Positions 51,780 to 64,000 of a DNA stretch of 64,000 bases are shown here, in pieces. The notes under the pieces are model-generated. The model had not been told where the DNA came from and did no database searches. It saw nothing but the letters and a program-made list of their open reading frames with translations. The DNA comes from Ruditapes philippinarum. Taxonomy: Eukaryota. The DNA is taken from NCBI RefSeq assembly GCF_026571515.1, contig NW_026866822.1, positions 62,001 through 126,000 of the forward strand. Direction: 5' to 3'. A program made the translations under genes and the position numbers. Within the stretch, counting starts at the first letter, position 1. Each line of letters begins with the position of its first letter.

Positions 51780-54371
51780 CAGTGTGGCAATACCACGTAA
51801 CCTGGACGTCATTTTCGGCATCATTTCCAAGACAAATATTGCTCGATTCGAAAAGGAAAATAGCCGTAAGTATTTTATTTCTGTACCGATTTCTTTGGGA
51901 TATGCACCATTCTTCGGCGAAAAATATAAGCTTGCCATAGAATAGTGTTTTTCGTTCAGTTTATGAGCCGTTTTATCAAACACTTTGCATAACCTTGAAA
52001 GTTGCTTGTATACGAGCGGACTTCAGTTGCAAGATATTTCGTTTTCTTATGTTGTCTGATCTACGCCATGATTTAAAAGTCGTTATTACATCAACCGGAG
52101 TACGGAAGGAAAAATCTTACTTAAATATGTTTATATTGCAATTATGTATGGCGTAAATCTGAACTTTCTCTTCAATTGACAATTATGGCACCAGTTCCAA
52201 GCCAAAAATTTGGACTACAGTTTAAAGCAGTTTTCAGAATTGGTTACAAGTGCGAAGAAACATGAATTAATTCCGTTCTCTTTTCTTTTAACGATGGCGT
52301 CAAATGGTAAAACAATTATGAAAACAATAAATAGGGGATGGACTCTCTCACTAATGTTCTTAAACATACTGTTGCAAAAAATATATAGTTTGTTCCATCT
52401 CTTTGTTTTAATTTTGCGTCATTTGTTTGTTTTCCTAGGGATGCCCTAACAGAGTTATGTATGCCCGGTATCCCAACCTTTGGCTTTTTAAGGACGTTTT
52501 CGGGAGTTTTCATATCAAAACTGTTCTAAAAAGTTTCTTTAAACTTGTCACGTGGTTAGAATATGATAACAGAAACATTTTAGCGGAAAAAATGGGGTCT
52601 TCACTAATAAAATCGTGCGCATAAAATGCCAAAGATTTAAAAAGATATCATTTAGTGAAATAATTTATATACGCCTATATGTATAACTTTAATATGTATG
52701 CCACCAGTTCCAAGTCGAACAATGTAGACTACTGTAACAGTTTAATTAAAGCGGTTTTCAGAATTGGTTGCAAATGTGAAGCAACATGCCTTTCGTTCTG
52801 TGTCTATAATTATGCCAACCAAGAAAAACATTTTATTATACGACGTAATGTATATTAAATAAATTATGTACACAAATTATTCTTACTCGCTGCGCAATAA
52901 GTGATTTCAAAAGTCTGTTTTGTAAAGCAATTTATTTGCTCCTTAATCATTGCTCTTTCACAGTTATGATTGTGAAATATCTATGAGTGTCGTGAAGCGA
53001 TACAAATTGCTGACGTCAAAAAGAGAAAAAATAGAATCCCAAAAAAACACCCACGATTGAAAATATGGCAGCCTCGGTTTGACCCAGTCAGTTCATGGAC
53101 TGTACTGGAAAATGCAAACTACCGTCCACTCCTCCCCGAGAACATAGTCTTCATACCATTCGAAGTGAAATGGATTTTTTGTGTACATACTTTATTTAAT
53201 ATACATTACGTCGTATAATAAAATGCTTTTATTGGTTAACATAATGATAGACAGAGAACGAAAGGCATGTTGCTTCACTTTTGCAACCAATTCTGAAAAC
53301 CGCCTAAACCTGTATTCTGAATTGTTCGAGTAGGAACTGGTGGCATACATATTAAAGTTATATACATATTGGTGTATTTAAATTATTTCACTAAATAATA
53401 TCTTTTTAAATCCTTGGCATTTTATGCGCACGATTGTATTGATGAGGACCCCATTTTCCTCTTAAAATGTTTCTGCTATCATATTCTAACCGCGTGACAA
53501 GTTTAAAGATACTCAGTTTTGATTTTGCCTATATGTCTATATGAAAACTCCCGAAAACGTCCTTATAAAATCCAAATGGTAAATTGGGATACCGGGCGTA
53601 CATAACTCTGTTAGGGTATTCCTAGGAAAACAAAGAAAAAATAACGCAAAATTAAAACAAGCAAATGGAACAAACTATATATTTGTGCAGCAATATGTTT
53701 AAGAACATTAGTGAGAGAGTCGATCCCCCATTTATTGTTTTCATTCTTTTACCATTTGACACAATCGTTAAAAGAACATGACGTAACGAAGCTGCCTGCG
53801 TTATTACCATGACAATGCATAATTTGTTTCTGAAATAACAGACTATTCTATAAGAATAGTTGTTATTATAGATAGAGAACGGAATAAATGTTTCTTCACA
53901 TTTGTAACCAATTCTGAAAACTGCTTTAAACTGTAGTCCAAATTTTTGGCTTGGAACTGGTGCCATAATTGTCAATTGAAGAAAAAGTTGAGATTTATGC
54001 CATAAATCATTGCAATATAAACATATTTAAGTAGGATTTTGCCCTCTGTACTCCCGGTTGATGTAATCACGACTTTTAAATCATGCCGTAGGTCAAGTAA
54101 TACAAGAAAACGAAATAGCTTGCAACTGAAGTCCGCTCGTATACAAGCAACTTTCAAGGTTATGCAAAGTGTTTGATAAAACGGCTCATAAACTGAACGA
54201 AAAACACTATTCTATGGCAAGCTTATATTTTTCGCCGAAGAATGGTGCATATCCCAAAGAAATCGGTACAGAAATAAAATACTTACGGCTATTTTCCTTT
54301 TCGAATCGAGCAATATTTTTTTGGAAATGATGCCGAAAATGACGTCCAGGTCACGTGGTATTGCTACACTG
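51780..54371. mobile_element. 2.6-kb foldback (palindromic) non-autonomous Tc1/mariner-type element
   Basis: TA|CAGTGTGGCAATACCACGT ... ACGTGGTATTGCTACACTG|TA; left arm 51780-52876 is the reverse complement of right arm 53178-54371; ~300-bp spacer; no transposase ORF. Confidence 0.9.
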
Positions 54372-56311
54372 TAATATATGTAAAGGTTTTACTAAAATTA
54401 TGCTATAAGGAAAGTCCCCCACCCTCCGCCCCTGAGTTTCATGGGCAGGCTAAATTTGGGAGAGATCTTAAAATATGGGTGCTACCATCATATAACGTGG
54501 GTGGTGACAAAGATCTACATAGTTAAAGCAAATCCATCAAGAAATAAAGGAGTTCTAGGAAAAAATGTATTTTATAGGAAAATGAGAAGATATATCTCTT
54601 TCAATATGGCTGTCAGGACCTTATAACATAAGATATTGGTGATGATAAGGAACATATATTAGAATTAATTGGTAAATCCTAGATAAGGAAGCTTTAGTAC
54701 AATATAAAGTTTATTTTCAGAACAATTTCAAGTGTAAAGGGGGTTTTCGTCTTGAAATACAAGTGCCAGACCTTGTCACATACAATATGGTTGATGATGA
54801 TGATAAGAAACATATGTTTGAAGTATATCACCCATTAAATAAAGAAATAAATGTAAAATGTAACATCATTTTAGGCAAACAGTAAGTTTAGAATGTGAGA
54901 TAGTTCTGGAACTATTGATACTAATGTAGTCTCAAAATCACTCTGTCACACCATGCATATTTTCTCAATTTCAATTTGTGTTCTTACAAATTAATTCTTG
55001 TTCTGTAACTGGTATATGGTAAATATATAAAAGAAAACTGTCACAATTTCAGATATATTTACTGTTTTACACTCAAAATATACATATAACATCTTAAAAT
55101 ATTACAAAAACAATATGGCTGTATTATTGTATAATACAAAACACATTTAGATATTCCATTACAAAAACAAAGTATGGCTGTATTATATTGTATAATACAA
55201 AACACATTTAGATATTCCAAAGTGCAATAAGAAAAATTAAGGACTTGATTTCCCATTTGAAGTATTTTATGGACCTCAACAGCTGTTCAATGTATAAATG
55301 TTTGTTCAATATAAGTGGCTACAATAACAAAGTATCAAAAATTGTATTATTGCATAAGACAAAATACAATTAGATATTCCAAAGTGAAATAAGAAATATT
55401 AAGGATTAGATTTCCAAAATGCAGTATTTTATGGACATCACTAGCGATTTATTGTATTGATTTTATCAAATTTCAGTATATTTTACATTACTGTAGTTTT
55501 TTATGCTTCTGACAAAATATTAAAACGAAAAAAAAATGAAAACGTTCCCACTAACATAATATAAAATAAACAGTTTATCAGATTGTACATTGCAGGTTGC
55601 AACACAAACATTTTTGTATATGTTGTAACCTAAGTGTAGAAACAATTAAATAATTACATAAGGAGTTAACCGTTTACTGCACTAAGGTAACTATGTATAT
55701 TTTACCAATTCATCAAACTTTTTAGCATTCATTAAGTTCAGTAAAAATTAAGTATCACAGTCTACAAGTTCAGCTATTGGTGTATTTCAATAGATTTGTG
55801 TGTGATGTCATTTGAGCTCAGATTATGGTACATGTGTATTGACATAAAAACTACTGGCATCAGTAACAACTATTTTAGTATCTAGTCAACAACTTTGTGT
55901 CATGACTTTATTCCGTCATTGAAAATTTTTGAAAAATATTTAATTCACATCTGGCATGGGTACATAACGAACTTTTGCGCAGCAGTTACATGTGGGTCAG
56001 TATTTCTATATGCAAAGCATACAAAAATTGTTAATAAATAAGTAATCAAGATTTTACATCATACTTATTCACATTCACATAATTACAAACAATATTTCAA
56101 TATATTCAACTTCTTTTTTCTTCTTCTTCACATCACAAACTTAAATTGAAATTTCTTTTTATATTAATACGCTCCAGTCTGTTGTTTTGGTGACTATACT
56201 TTTTTTTCAATCAGATCTTTCACTTTTTTGAGAAGATTAAGATACTTCCACATGTACGATACTAGTCAGCAGTTGAGATTTATCCTAGTATAATGTCACG
56301 GTGAATCAGTC

Positions 56312-59300
56312 CTAGGAGGCAAGGTCACTTGAATCAAGCATTGCCTGCAATGCTCGTCCATATTCTGAAAATATAAACAATAACTGAAATCCAAACTGTT
56401 TTTGCATTTTATGACTGTGTTTAAGTAAACATAAGTTTGATATCAGTAATTCGAGTGAAATTTCTATGAATATGGAAGAAGACTAAGAATTGTTTTAGAA
56501 AGAATATGAGTAAAGAAACACACCATAATTGTCTCAGTTCCAAAACATTAAACTCTCTGATCAATAACCTTAAACAAGGTTGGCAACTTAGTTATAATGA
56601 TTAAGTATTTCATACTTCTTTGTTTACTATTTGCTAACTTTATGACAAATAAGTTCACATTCAGTGCTACTTTCTTCAGATTATGAGCACCTTTCATGCA
56701 CTGAAACCAGTAATTTAAACATTCCAAAACTCTTGTTTGCCCACTTTACAGAAGAAAAAAATTGTTTCTGAGGCATAATGCCCCTTAAACATAAATACAA
56801 GCAAAGAAAAGTCACTTAGTTTATAAAAATTCGTTTGGAAGCTATAAGCTTATAGAAACACTCAAATCAGTTCCTGGAACTAACCAGTACTTAGCAATGA
56901 GTGTACAGTTTCTTGCTAAAGGAAACAACGGCAAACCTTTGACAGGGTTTGAACCCATTCAGCCAGTAATTCATAGAGAGTCACTTGAATAAACATAGTA
57001 ATTTACCTTTAGGGTTTTTATAAAACACACAATTGTTGGCACAAGTTTCTGGATTGGTGTCCCAAATAGTCTCACCACAACAACACAAGGGAGGTAAATC
57101 TATCTTCTTCCTTCTTGTTTTCTCTTTGAGTTGTTGCCTCAGAGCCTCTATGTACCTGATTATTTACACAATATTGGCATTTTATGTTTTTCATGTAAGA
57201 TTAAATGCAACATAGCTTCAATCATAGTATGTTACAAAGATTTAATTTAAAACAATAATTGAATTAAACACATTTTTGTACCTGAACATGCCTGCTTTAA
57301 ATTTAAATCTGTACATTGTTAACTTAAGGAAATTTTATTTCTTAGCAATCACCATAAGAGCTTGATAAGTTTCAATACAATACGTTATCAATCACTTAAA
57401 GATATGGGTTGACAACTTCAATTCTCTATAAACCATTAATCTCTACAATGTGCATGTAATACAAACAAAAAGAAAATGTAATATAAACAGTAAATGGTCA
57501 AGACTAAAATAAACCATAATATAATTCTTACTCATTTTTTCTATTTCAATAAAACAATATTAGTAATGTAAAGAAAATAAATACCTCTCCATTTCTTTTG
57601 TTTTCCGTACTTTCCTCTCGTGTTCACGTATAGTCTGTCGTATAAATTGTCTCTCTTGTTCCTCTCTATCCAGGGCCTCTCGGCTAGTTTCCCCGGTAAC
57701 AGGGTCACGTGGTTCTATCAGCTGTTTGGAGATTTGTTCCTCCTTCACTCTCTCTTCTTCCTTTTCTTTCTTCAGTCTATCATATATTAAAATATCAACA
57801 TACTGTTCTGCACTATAACCTGTATATCATCTATTACAAACTTCTTGATATTTATATTTAACAGCTAATCAGGTATCTTAAAATGAAATCTTGACCTATT
57901 TATAAATAAGAAATAGTATCATTTACTAGGTCCTTTACATTTAACTAAAAGTATGGCCATATGATGTTCAAATACTAGAAGCTGGATCACAAAGTAAACT
58001 TTCAAAACTAGTATCAAAAAGCATGATAAAAATTCATAGAACTTAAATTTTCAAAAACTGAATCATAATGAAATGTTTCTAATTCATATTTTTTTTTAAA
58101 GTACGACAGATAATAATTTAATTGACTTAACATAATGCAAGGCATCAATTTTTTATTATGCAAATATCCAACATACATCAAATGTAGAAATTTTTTCAAA
58201 AAGCAAAATGACAATTACACAAACCACACCAAGTGTAAAGTTTACATTTTACTGCATGTAAATAAATATCATCATTGCAATTATACTATGATAGTATAAT
58301 AGTATCAATGTATTGTTACACCATAATTTTAATAGGATAAAAGCCTTAAGGTGTCCCAAATCTGAAATATTTAAGTCTTTTCAGCTCTTTACTCCTCGTT
58401 AATTTAAAACTCTTACATATTGGACACTTGTCTGTTTTTATCTGTTATCTATGCAACGGGTTTATTTCTTATTGTCATTCCTATATCCACTTGTTTTTTT
58501 TTTCTGTATGATCATATTGTGCATGTGATACATGCTGTAAATACAGCAAAACAGGGCATATAATAATTATCTAAAATAATGTCAGTTACTTTTGAATTCT
58601 TTTACGGTGTTCTTGACGTCTCAGATTTTCTTTGACTTGTTCCCTCTCTAGGTCCATAAACAATCGTCTATACATAGCTTGCTGACCTTTGGCTCGACGT
58701 TTTTCCTCTTCACAATGAACACCCTCGTAAATGTCGGGAACTTTTGCAATATTCTTAGTTAGATCTGTTCCATTATACACTACAAAACAATGTTATATGT
58801 TTACATATAATTTATACGTGTAAGCTCTATAAAAATGTAACAGTTAAATGTTGTTCAACATAACTATACCAAACCTTAAGATGCTTTTATTGCTTTTTAT
58901 ATGTTATACAAAAGCCAAACAAAATCATAACTGATTTACAAAAACCTTACTGACATTTATTTTTTTGAAATCTTCAATAAAAGACCACTTTTAAAAGGTA
59001 AAACTATCTTAAAACTCAATACTTTAAATACATGATTATAGATAAAAGATTAATCTTTAATACTTTTTGTTATGTTTTAAGATGAATAAAAAACAACTAT
59101 CAGTAAGATATCATAATTACAATTTTTATTATTATTTTTACAAAAGGATACAGTTAATCAAACTGTTAACTTAACCACATGCCTTGTTTCAATACATGTA
59201 CCATTAACTGATATTTACATCAGTATAGAACATGAGGATTGTACCTGAACGTTGTGATGATCTTCGTATTTCACTATTTCTGTGACCAGTAGTGTGTGTA

Positions 59301-59840
59301 TCTATATCAAACTTGACACATTTTTCAGGTAATTCCTCACTGTGTACACTCATTACTTCTACATTCTCTTTATCAACATCATCTTCTACATCATCATCTA
59401 TACATTGAAATGCTGAAATAAAATCACAACTATTTTATAGTTTCACTATTAGAGCTTAAAGGAATAATAATTCAAACATTATATGCTTATTATATTATAT
59501 TTAGAAAACAAATGTATATTGTTAGGTTAACAAGAAAAAGAACCATTGGTAGTAATATAATAAGCACTAAATTCAAATCATATATCAAATATAGTACTGG
59601 CTACATAACTATTAAATTTTCATCTATAAGAATGCATGTTATACCCCAAAACTTCAACTTAACACCCACTTTGTATGACTTAAGTGAGGTAGATGGTAGT
59701 CTTTTAAAGCAATCTAAAATAATTTAAATTACAAAACATTACTTCATACCTTTATTATTAACAACTTTAACTTTGTCAATAAGATTCTCATCCAGGATGT
59801 CAAATTCCTGACCATCAACAGTATATCTTGAAGATGGGTG
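56312..59840 (-). CDS. CCDC15: Coiled-coil domain-containing protein 15, 3' part; exons 59840-59750, 59412-59245, 58779-58590, 57776-57585, 57155-57007, 56364-56312; 5' exons not found, probably beyond window end
   Basis: Phase-consistent GT-AG exons give YRRLFMDLEREQVKE...ERYIEALRQQLKEK...LPPLCCCGETIWDTNPETCANNCVFYKNPKEYGRALQAML, matching the CCDC15 C-terminus (YRRLFMDIEREQVKE; LPPLCCCG..WD..P.TCANNC.FYKN). Confidence 0.92.
56860..56965 (-). mobile_element. SINE fragment (CORE-like) in last CCDC15 intron
   Basis: TTCTTGCTAAAGGAAACAACG followed by a reverse-strand B box (GGGTTTGAACCC). Confidence 0.5.
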
Positions 59841-60439
59841 CTGTAAATGAGATAAAATCTCTGAATATTAGCAGTTAAAACAATGAATGTTATCATAGTT
59901 TCATAAGATAAGGGAAAATTCTGAAATATTTACATTTAGCCTTTCCACTGTACCCTCTTTTCTTTTGTTCACTAATATCTTTATTATAAGTTACTGTTTT
60001 TAAAAGTTGTCTTTATTTTTATAATAAACACTAATGCATACTATTGTAATATATCAAGGTTATTTTTGTTCCGAGTCAGAATCTTGCTTCTAGAGGGGAG
60101 ATATTGCCCTACACAAAATAGCACAATATCTCATACTGACTGCTGCTTAGTACAATTAGTTGGACAAATATCATGTTTAGATGTTTGGAGATCCTGTACA
60201 TAGTAATCATTACAATGACATAACTATCAAACCATTATAAAAAGCACAATATGCACAGGTTACATTCTTAAAATTTGTGAATAGCAGGATTCAATTTAAA
60301 TCATCTATATAAGTATTTTTAGTAAACATTTATTGGTTAATAAAGTGCATGTTATTTTTACCATGCTACTTTAATCACAGTATATTTTACTTACGTTCTA
60401 TGTTGTATTTAACATATTCTAAATAAATCAGAATAAAAC

Positions 60440-60912
60440 CAAACAGCATGTCAAAATGGAGAATAATCTATATACATATCAAATGAGGTCATCCTTGGGC
60501 CACAGGCTATGTCCCTACCAAGTTATATCAAAGTTATATACCTTGGCTTATTCCTTCTCTAGTTCTTGATTGGTCATGGGTTATACATTAAGTTTTGCTG
60601 TGACCTTGACCTTTAATTTAAGGATCTAAAAATTAATAGGCTTTATCTACCGGTCATGGATAATGTCTCTATCAAATAACATAAACCCTAGCTTTCCTTC
60701 TCAAGTAATTGATTGGCCAAAGATTTTACATTGTCTCTGAGCTTGACCTTGACTTTATGACCTCAAAATTAGACGGGGGTCTTCTTCAGGTCAATGTCAC
60801 TTGCAATTAATATAAATCACAGTGTATTCTTTCTCAAGTTGTTAATCGTACAAGGATAAATACAGATATACAGAGAGACCAACATATTACAGTATTTATT
60901 AGGGGCATAAAA
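60440..60912 (-). mobile_element. Degenerate HINE-like element
   Basis: TGACCTTGACCTTT units, decayed GACA tract, GGGGCATAAAAAAA end. Confidence 0.5.
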
Positions 60913-61946
60913 AAAGTGAGTAACTTTAAAACATGCATGGTAAAATTACATATTACTATAATAAACATCACAAATCGTGTAATATAAGGGAAAGTAATCA
61001 AGCATGCAGGGCACCAATAAACCAAAGGTTTCAAACAAGTCATTTAAAACAATTAACAGAAAATGTTATGAAAAACAGAATTTCATTTTTTCAGTCTGTT
61101 GCCTCAGCAATGGGCTATAATTCTTCCAGAAAAGTATGAAAGCTAATAACTTTGTAAATATGTGCCTGATATTTGAAGATAGTTCTGTAAAAGTTACATT
61201 GAAATGTAGGATGATGTGGGCAAAGAAGAGTATTACTCTATACATAGAGTTATCATTTCTCCAAAAATAATCAAATAGAAAGATAAAAGTTACGTGAAAG
61301 TAAGGTTAAACTCCTTAAAGAAAATGATAGAGTTGTGAACAAAATGAAATAATAATAGTCAGGTATCGACTAATAAGAGGATCTCATTTTAACAATATAT
61401 TTTTATGATGGCTATAGGAGGAAACTCTTACTAGTACTGTACATTTTGATTACCTTATAATACTTCTCAAATAAAATCTATGATTAAAACAAGTCTGTTA
61501 AATTTACCAGAAAACCAGTCATCCTTTATAAAGTAACATAAGAAAGCTTGCATGCAATTATTCAAGAGCATCTTTTTAGAAGTTTGGTGACTGATAGATC
61601 ATTTACTACAAAAAACACTATTTTTCTTACTATAAACACATATGAATAATAATTTCATAAATTATGTTGTACAGAACTTATTTATGAACATAAAAGAGCT
61701 GGTAAATAGTTATTCCACCTTTAATTCTCCAAATGAAATTCTGCAGCGTTATACTCCCTTTAAAAACTCTATTGACACAAACTAATACTAAATATCTTAT
61801 TAAATATTGACAGATTTATATTTATTGAACCTGCACTATTCAACACTAAGTTTTCTATGGAATGACAACAGCTATGTTATTTATAAAACTTTTTACTGCA
61901 TGCAATACCACTCTTGAAACACAACAGTATGAAAAAACTTATAATA

Positions 61947-63247
61947 CAGTGAAAGTTGAGAAAACCGGACGCTGAGAAAATTGGAACTCTCTAAATATCG
62001 GACGTTTAATTCAGTCCCAAAGTTTCTCTTCGTTAAACTATTGCATTAAACATTGACAATACCAGAATCTGTAAAAACCGAATATCGGACAGTTGATAGG
62101 GGACCATAAGTCAATTATATAGATAATTACCCTGACAATACCGGACAGCGAAAGTGTGAATAACTTTGTGTACTTGTCAATTGGTTGTGTTTGAAATGTA
62201 ATGGGACACTGATTGTCTGATTTATTTATTATGTCTCAGGGCCAAAAAACCCTTCTTTGTAGAGGCCGACTATAGGCTGCTTCCCCAACCAAATAGCCTC
62301 TTTTCTTCCCCAGTTTGGTCCTCAAAATTCCCCAGTCTTTTAAAATTTCCCATAGAATTTAGAACAAAATTAAATAATCCTGTTGAATTAAGTTCTTTTA
62401 CTGCCTTATTAGTATTTCCCAGTGCTTTTTGCTTTTCTTTTTTGAAGAACTTGTTAAAAGTTTAAGTTAAATTTGAGACCCCTTTTCCCAAAGTATGCCA
62501 AAATCATGCATATTTTCCCCAAGAAAAAGGCTGAGGCCCCTTCCCCAAAAATGGTGTTCTAGCCCTGTGTCTGTTTCAACAGTTTGAGTTATTGTAAGGC
62601 ATAGATGATACCGTTTTATATTAATGCCAAAATGCACAAGGAATTGGTCAATTGGTTGGTTAAAATCAGTATAAATAAAAAATAGAGTATTCTTATACTG
62701 CGTTGCTTTTGTATATTCATTTCCCAAAATATCAACGCAACCGATAAGATATTTATCAGTGCCAAGTTCTATTCCATCGCAAAAAAAAAAAAAATTGACG
62801 ATATATTTCCATAAGTCACCAAGCTGAATTGATTAAAGACAGTGAAACTTTTGCAAAGACCTTTAAATTAGGCATCAGCAATATTTACTGTGGAAGGGGG
62901 GCATTATTAAACAAAGTAAAATATATTCGTTAAATCATTATCCAGTACCCAAATGTAAACATATGCGGATATAATAGGACTTTATCGTTATGAGGTAACT
63001 GCTTTTCGTTTTTAATCAAAATTTTATTGAATTTAGATGCAATAAAGTGACAAAATTAAATAAAACATGTTACTTTGTAATTCATAATTTCATATTTTAG
63101 GAATTTATGTACATATGATCATGAAAATGCAAATATACAGCATCCGTTGTAAGTCAATGCCCGGTACATATGATTCTAAAGGGGACATTGAGAAAACCGG
63201 ATAAAACCCTCGGTCCAAAAGCCGTCCGGTTTTCTCAAATCTCACTG
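61947..63247. mobile_element. Non-autonomous Tc1/mariner (pogo/Tigger-like) element
   Basis: TA|CAGTGAAAGTTGAGAAAACCGGACG ... CGTCCGGTTTTCTCAAATCTCACTG|TA, with subterminal CCGGA repeats. Confidence 0.85.
62237..62567. mobile_element. Nested MITE with CAGGG...CCCTG ends and 5-bp TSD (hAT5-like)
   Basis: TGTCT at 62232-62236 and 62568-62572; shares AGGCTRAGGCCYCTTCCC with 8708-8905. Confidence 0.7.
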
Positions 63248-64000
63248 TACTTTGAACTACCACTGTATAAAAACTGCTCTGGTCAATAAAAACTGACAAT
63301 AAGATATAGTTCTTTGACTGAGTACCTTATCCAAGCTTACACAAAACAACTGTCCATGGAACAATTTTTTGATTTAAGATGTTTGAAAGCAGGAAAGCTG
63401 GTCTTTCCAAGTTTACTAAATCAAGAAAGAAAAAACTGTGCTCTTGCCTAGAAATGGAGTTTATGGTCATAAACAACTATTGTAGGTATCAAAACAGTTT
63501 CTCAAAATGTGGTCTGAAAACATCAGGTGGTATGAAAACTTTTATTGAAGTTGAAAGGTTAGTATTATTTTGACAAATCCCATGAAATTCAATAAGTTTA
63601 TGTTCTCTTGTTTAAAAATTCAGGTGATGGTCATTACCAAGAATTTCAAGTTTGAAAGCAATATCTCAGAGATCCTAGGGGGTTAATGAAAAATTCAGCT
63701 AATTAATTAGTTTAAGTCACAATTCATGGCAGATGTGTATACATTTGCTTGTAAAGGGTTATGACTAAAGTTATGACTGCCTTAACAAGTATTTCAAGTT
63801 TCATAGCAATACCTCAAAACATTTAGAGGAAAAATTCAATGGTAAAATTGCTCCACTATTCTAAAAAATCAAACTGAAAAGTCAAATATTTGAAAGCTTA
63901 CATGCAATATTAAAGTTTCATATAAAGATTATAAACATTATAAATTTAATAAATAAAACATTCATAGTGCAACCAAATCAACATTCATGCTATAACATTG

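Noticed and set aside
51735-54157. ORFs within the palindrome as a transposase
   Set aside because: Short, no DDE/HTH motifs; mirror each other only because of the inverted arms.

Overview
AT-rich, intron-containing animal genomic DNA. The repeat families (tandem-repeat-carrying Helentron/HINE-like elements, tRNA-derived SINEs, palindromic MITEs) suggest a bivalve mollusc, probably a clam; this is inferred, not proven. Most ORFs in the supplied track are spurious, so I assembled the genes by hand from GT-AG exons with phase checks. Left to right: (1) first coding exon of an unidentified minus-strand gene (2204-2360); (2) complete NOP16 (+, 5 exons, 176 aa), head-to-head with that gene; (3) a complete THEG/SPMAP2-like sperm microtubule-associated repeat protein gene (-, 9 exons); (4) a weakly supported small orphan gene (+) sharing the THEG-like gene's CpG-rich promoter; (5) two tandem 3-exon genes for secreted 10-Cys prokineticin/astakine-fold proteins with internal dibasic sites; (6) a 2.6-kb Tc1/mariner-type foldback palindrome just upstream of that pair; (7) the 3' half of CCDC15 (-). 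Introns and spacers are packed with a truncated RTE LINE with TSD, SINEs, nested HINEs, MITEs with 2-6-bp TSDs and minisatellites. No prokaryotic systems, CRISPR, rRNA or intact tRNA genes. Best leads: the convertase-cleavable prokineticin-like pair, the large palindrome, a candidate poison exon in NOP16, MITEs recurrently inserted into HINE microsatellites, and a TIR element carrying two convergent tRNA-like Pol III units.
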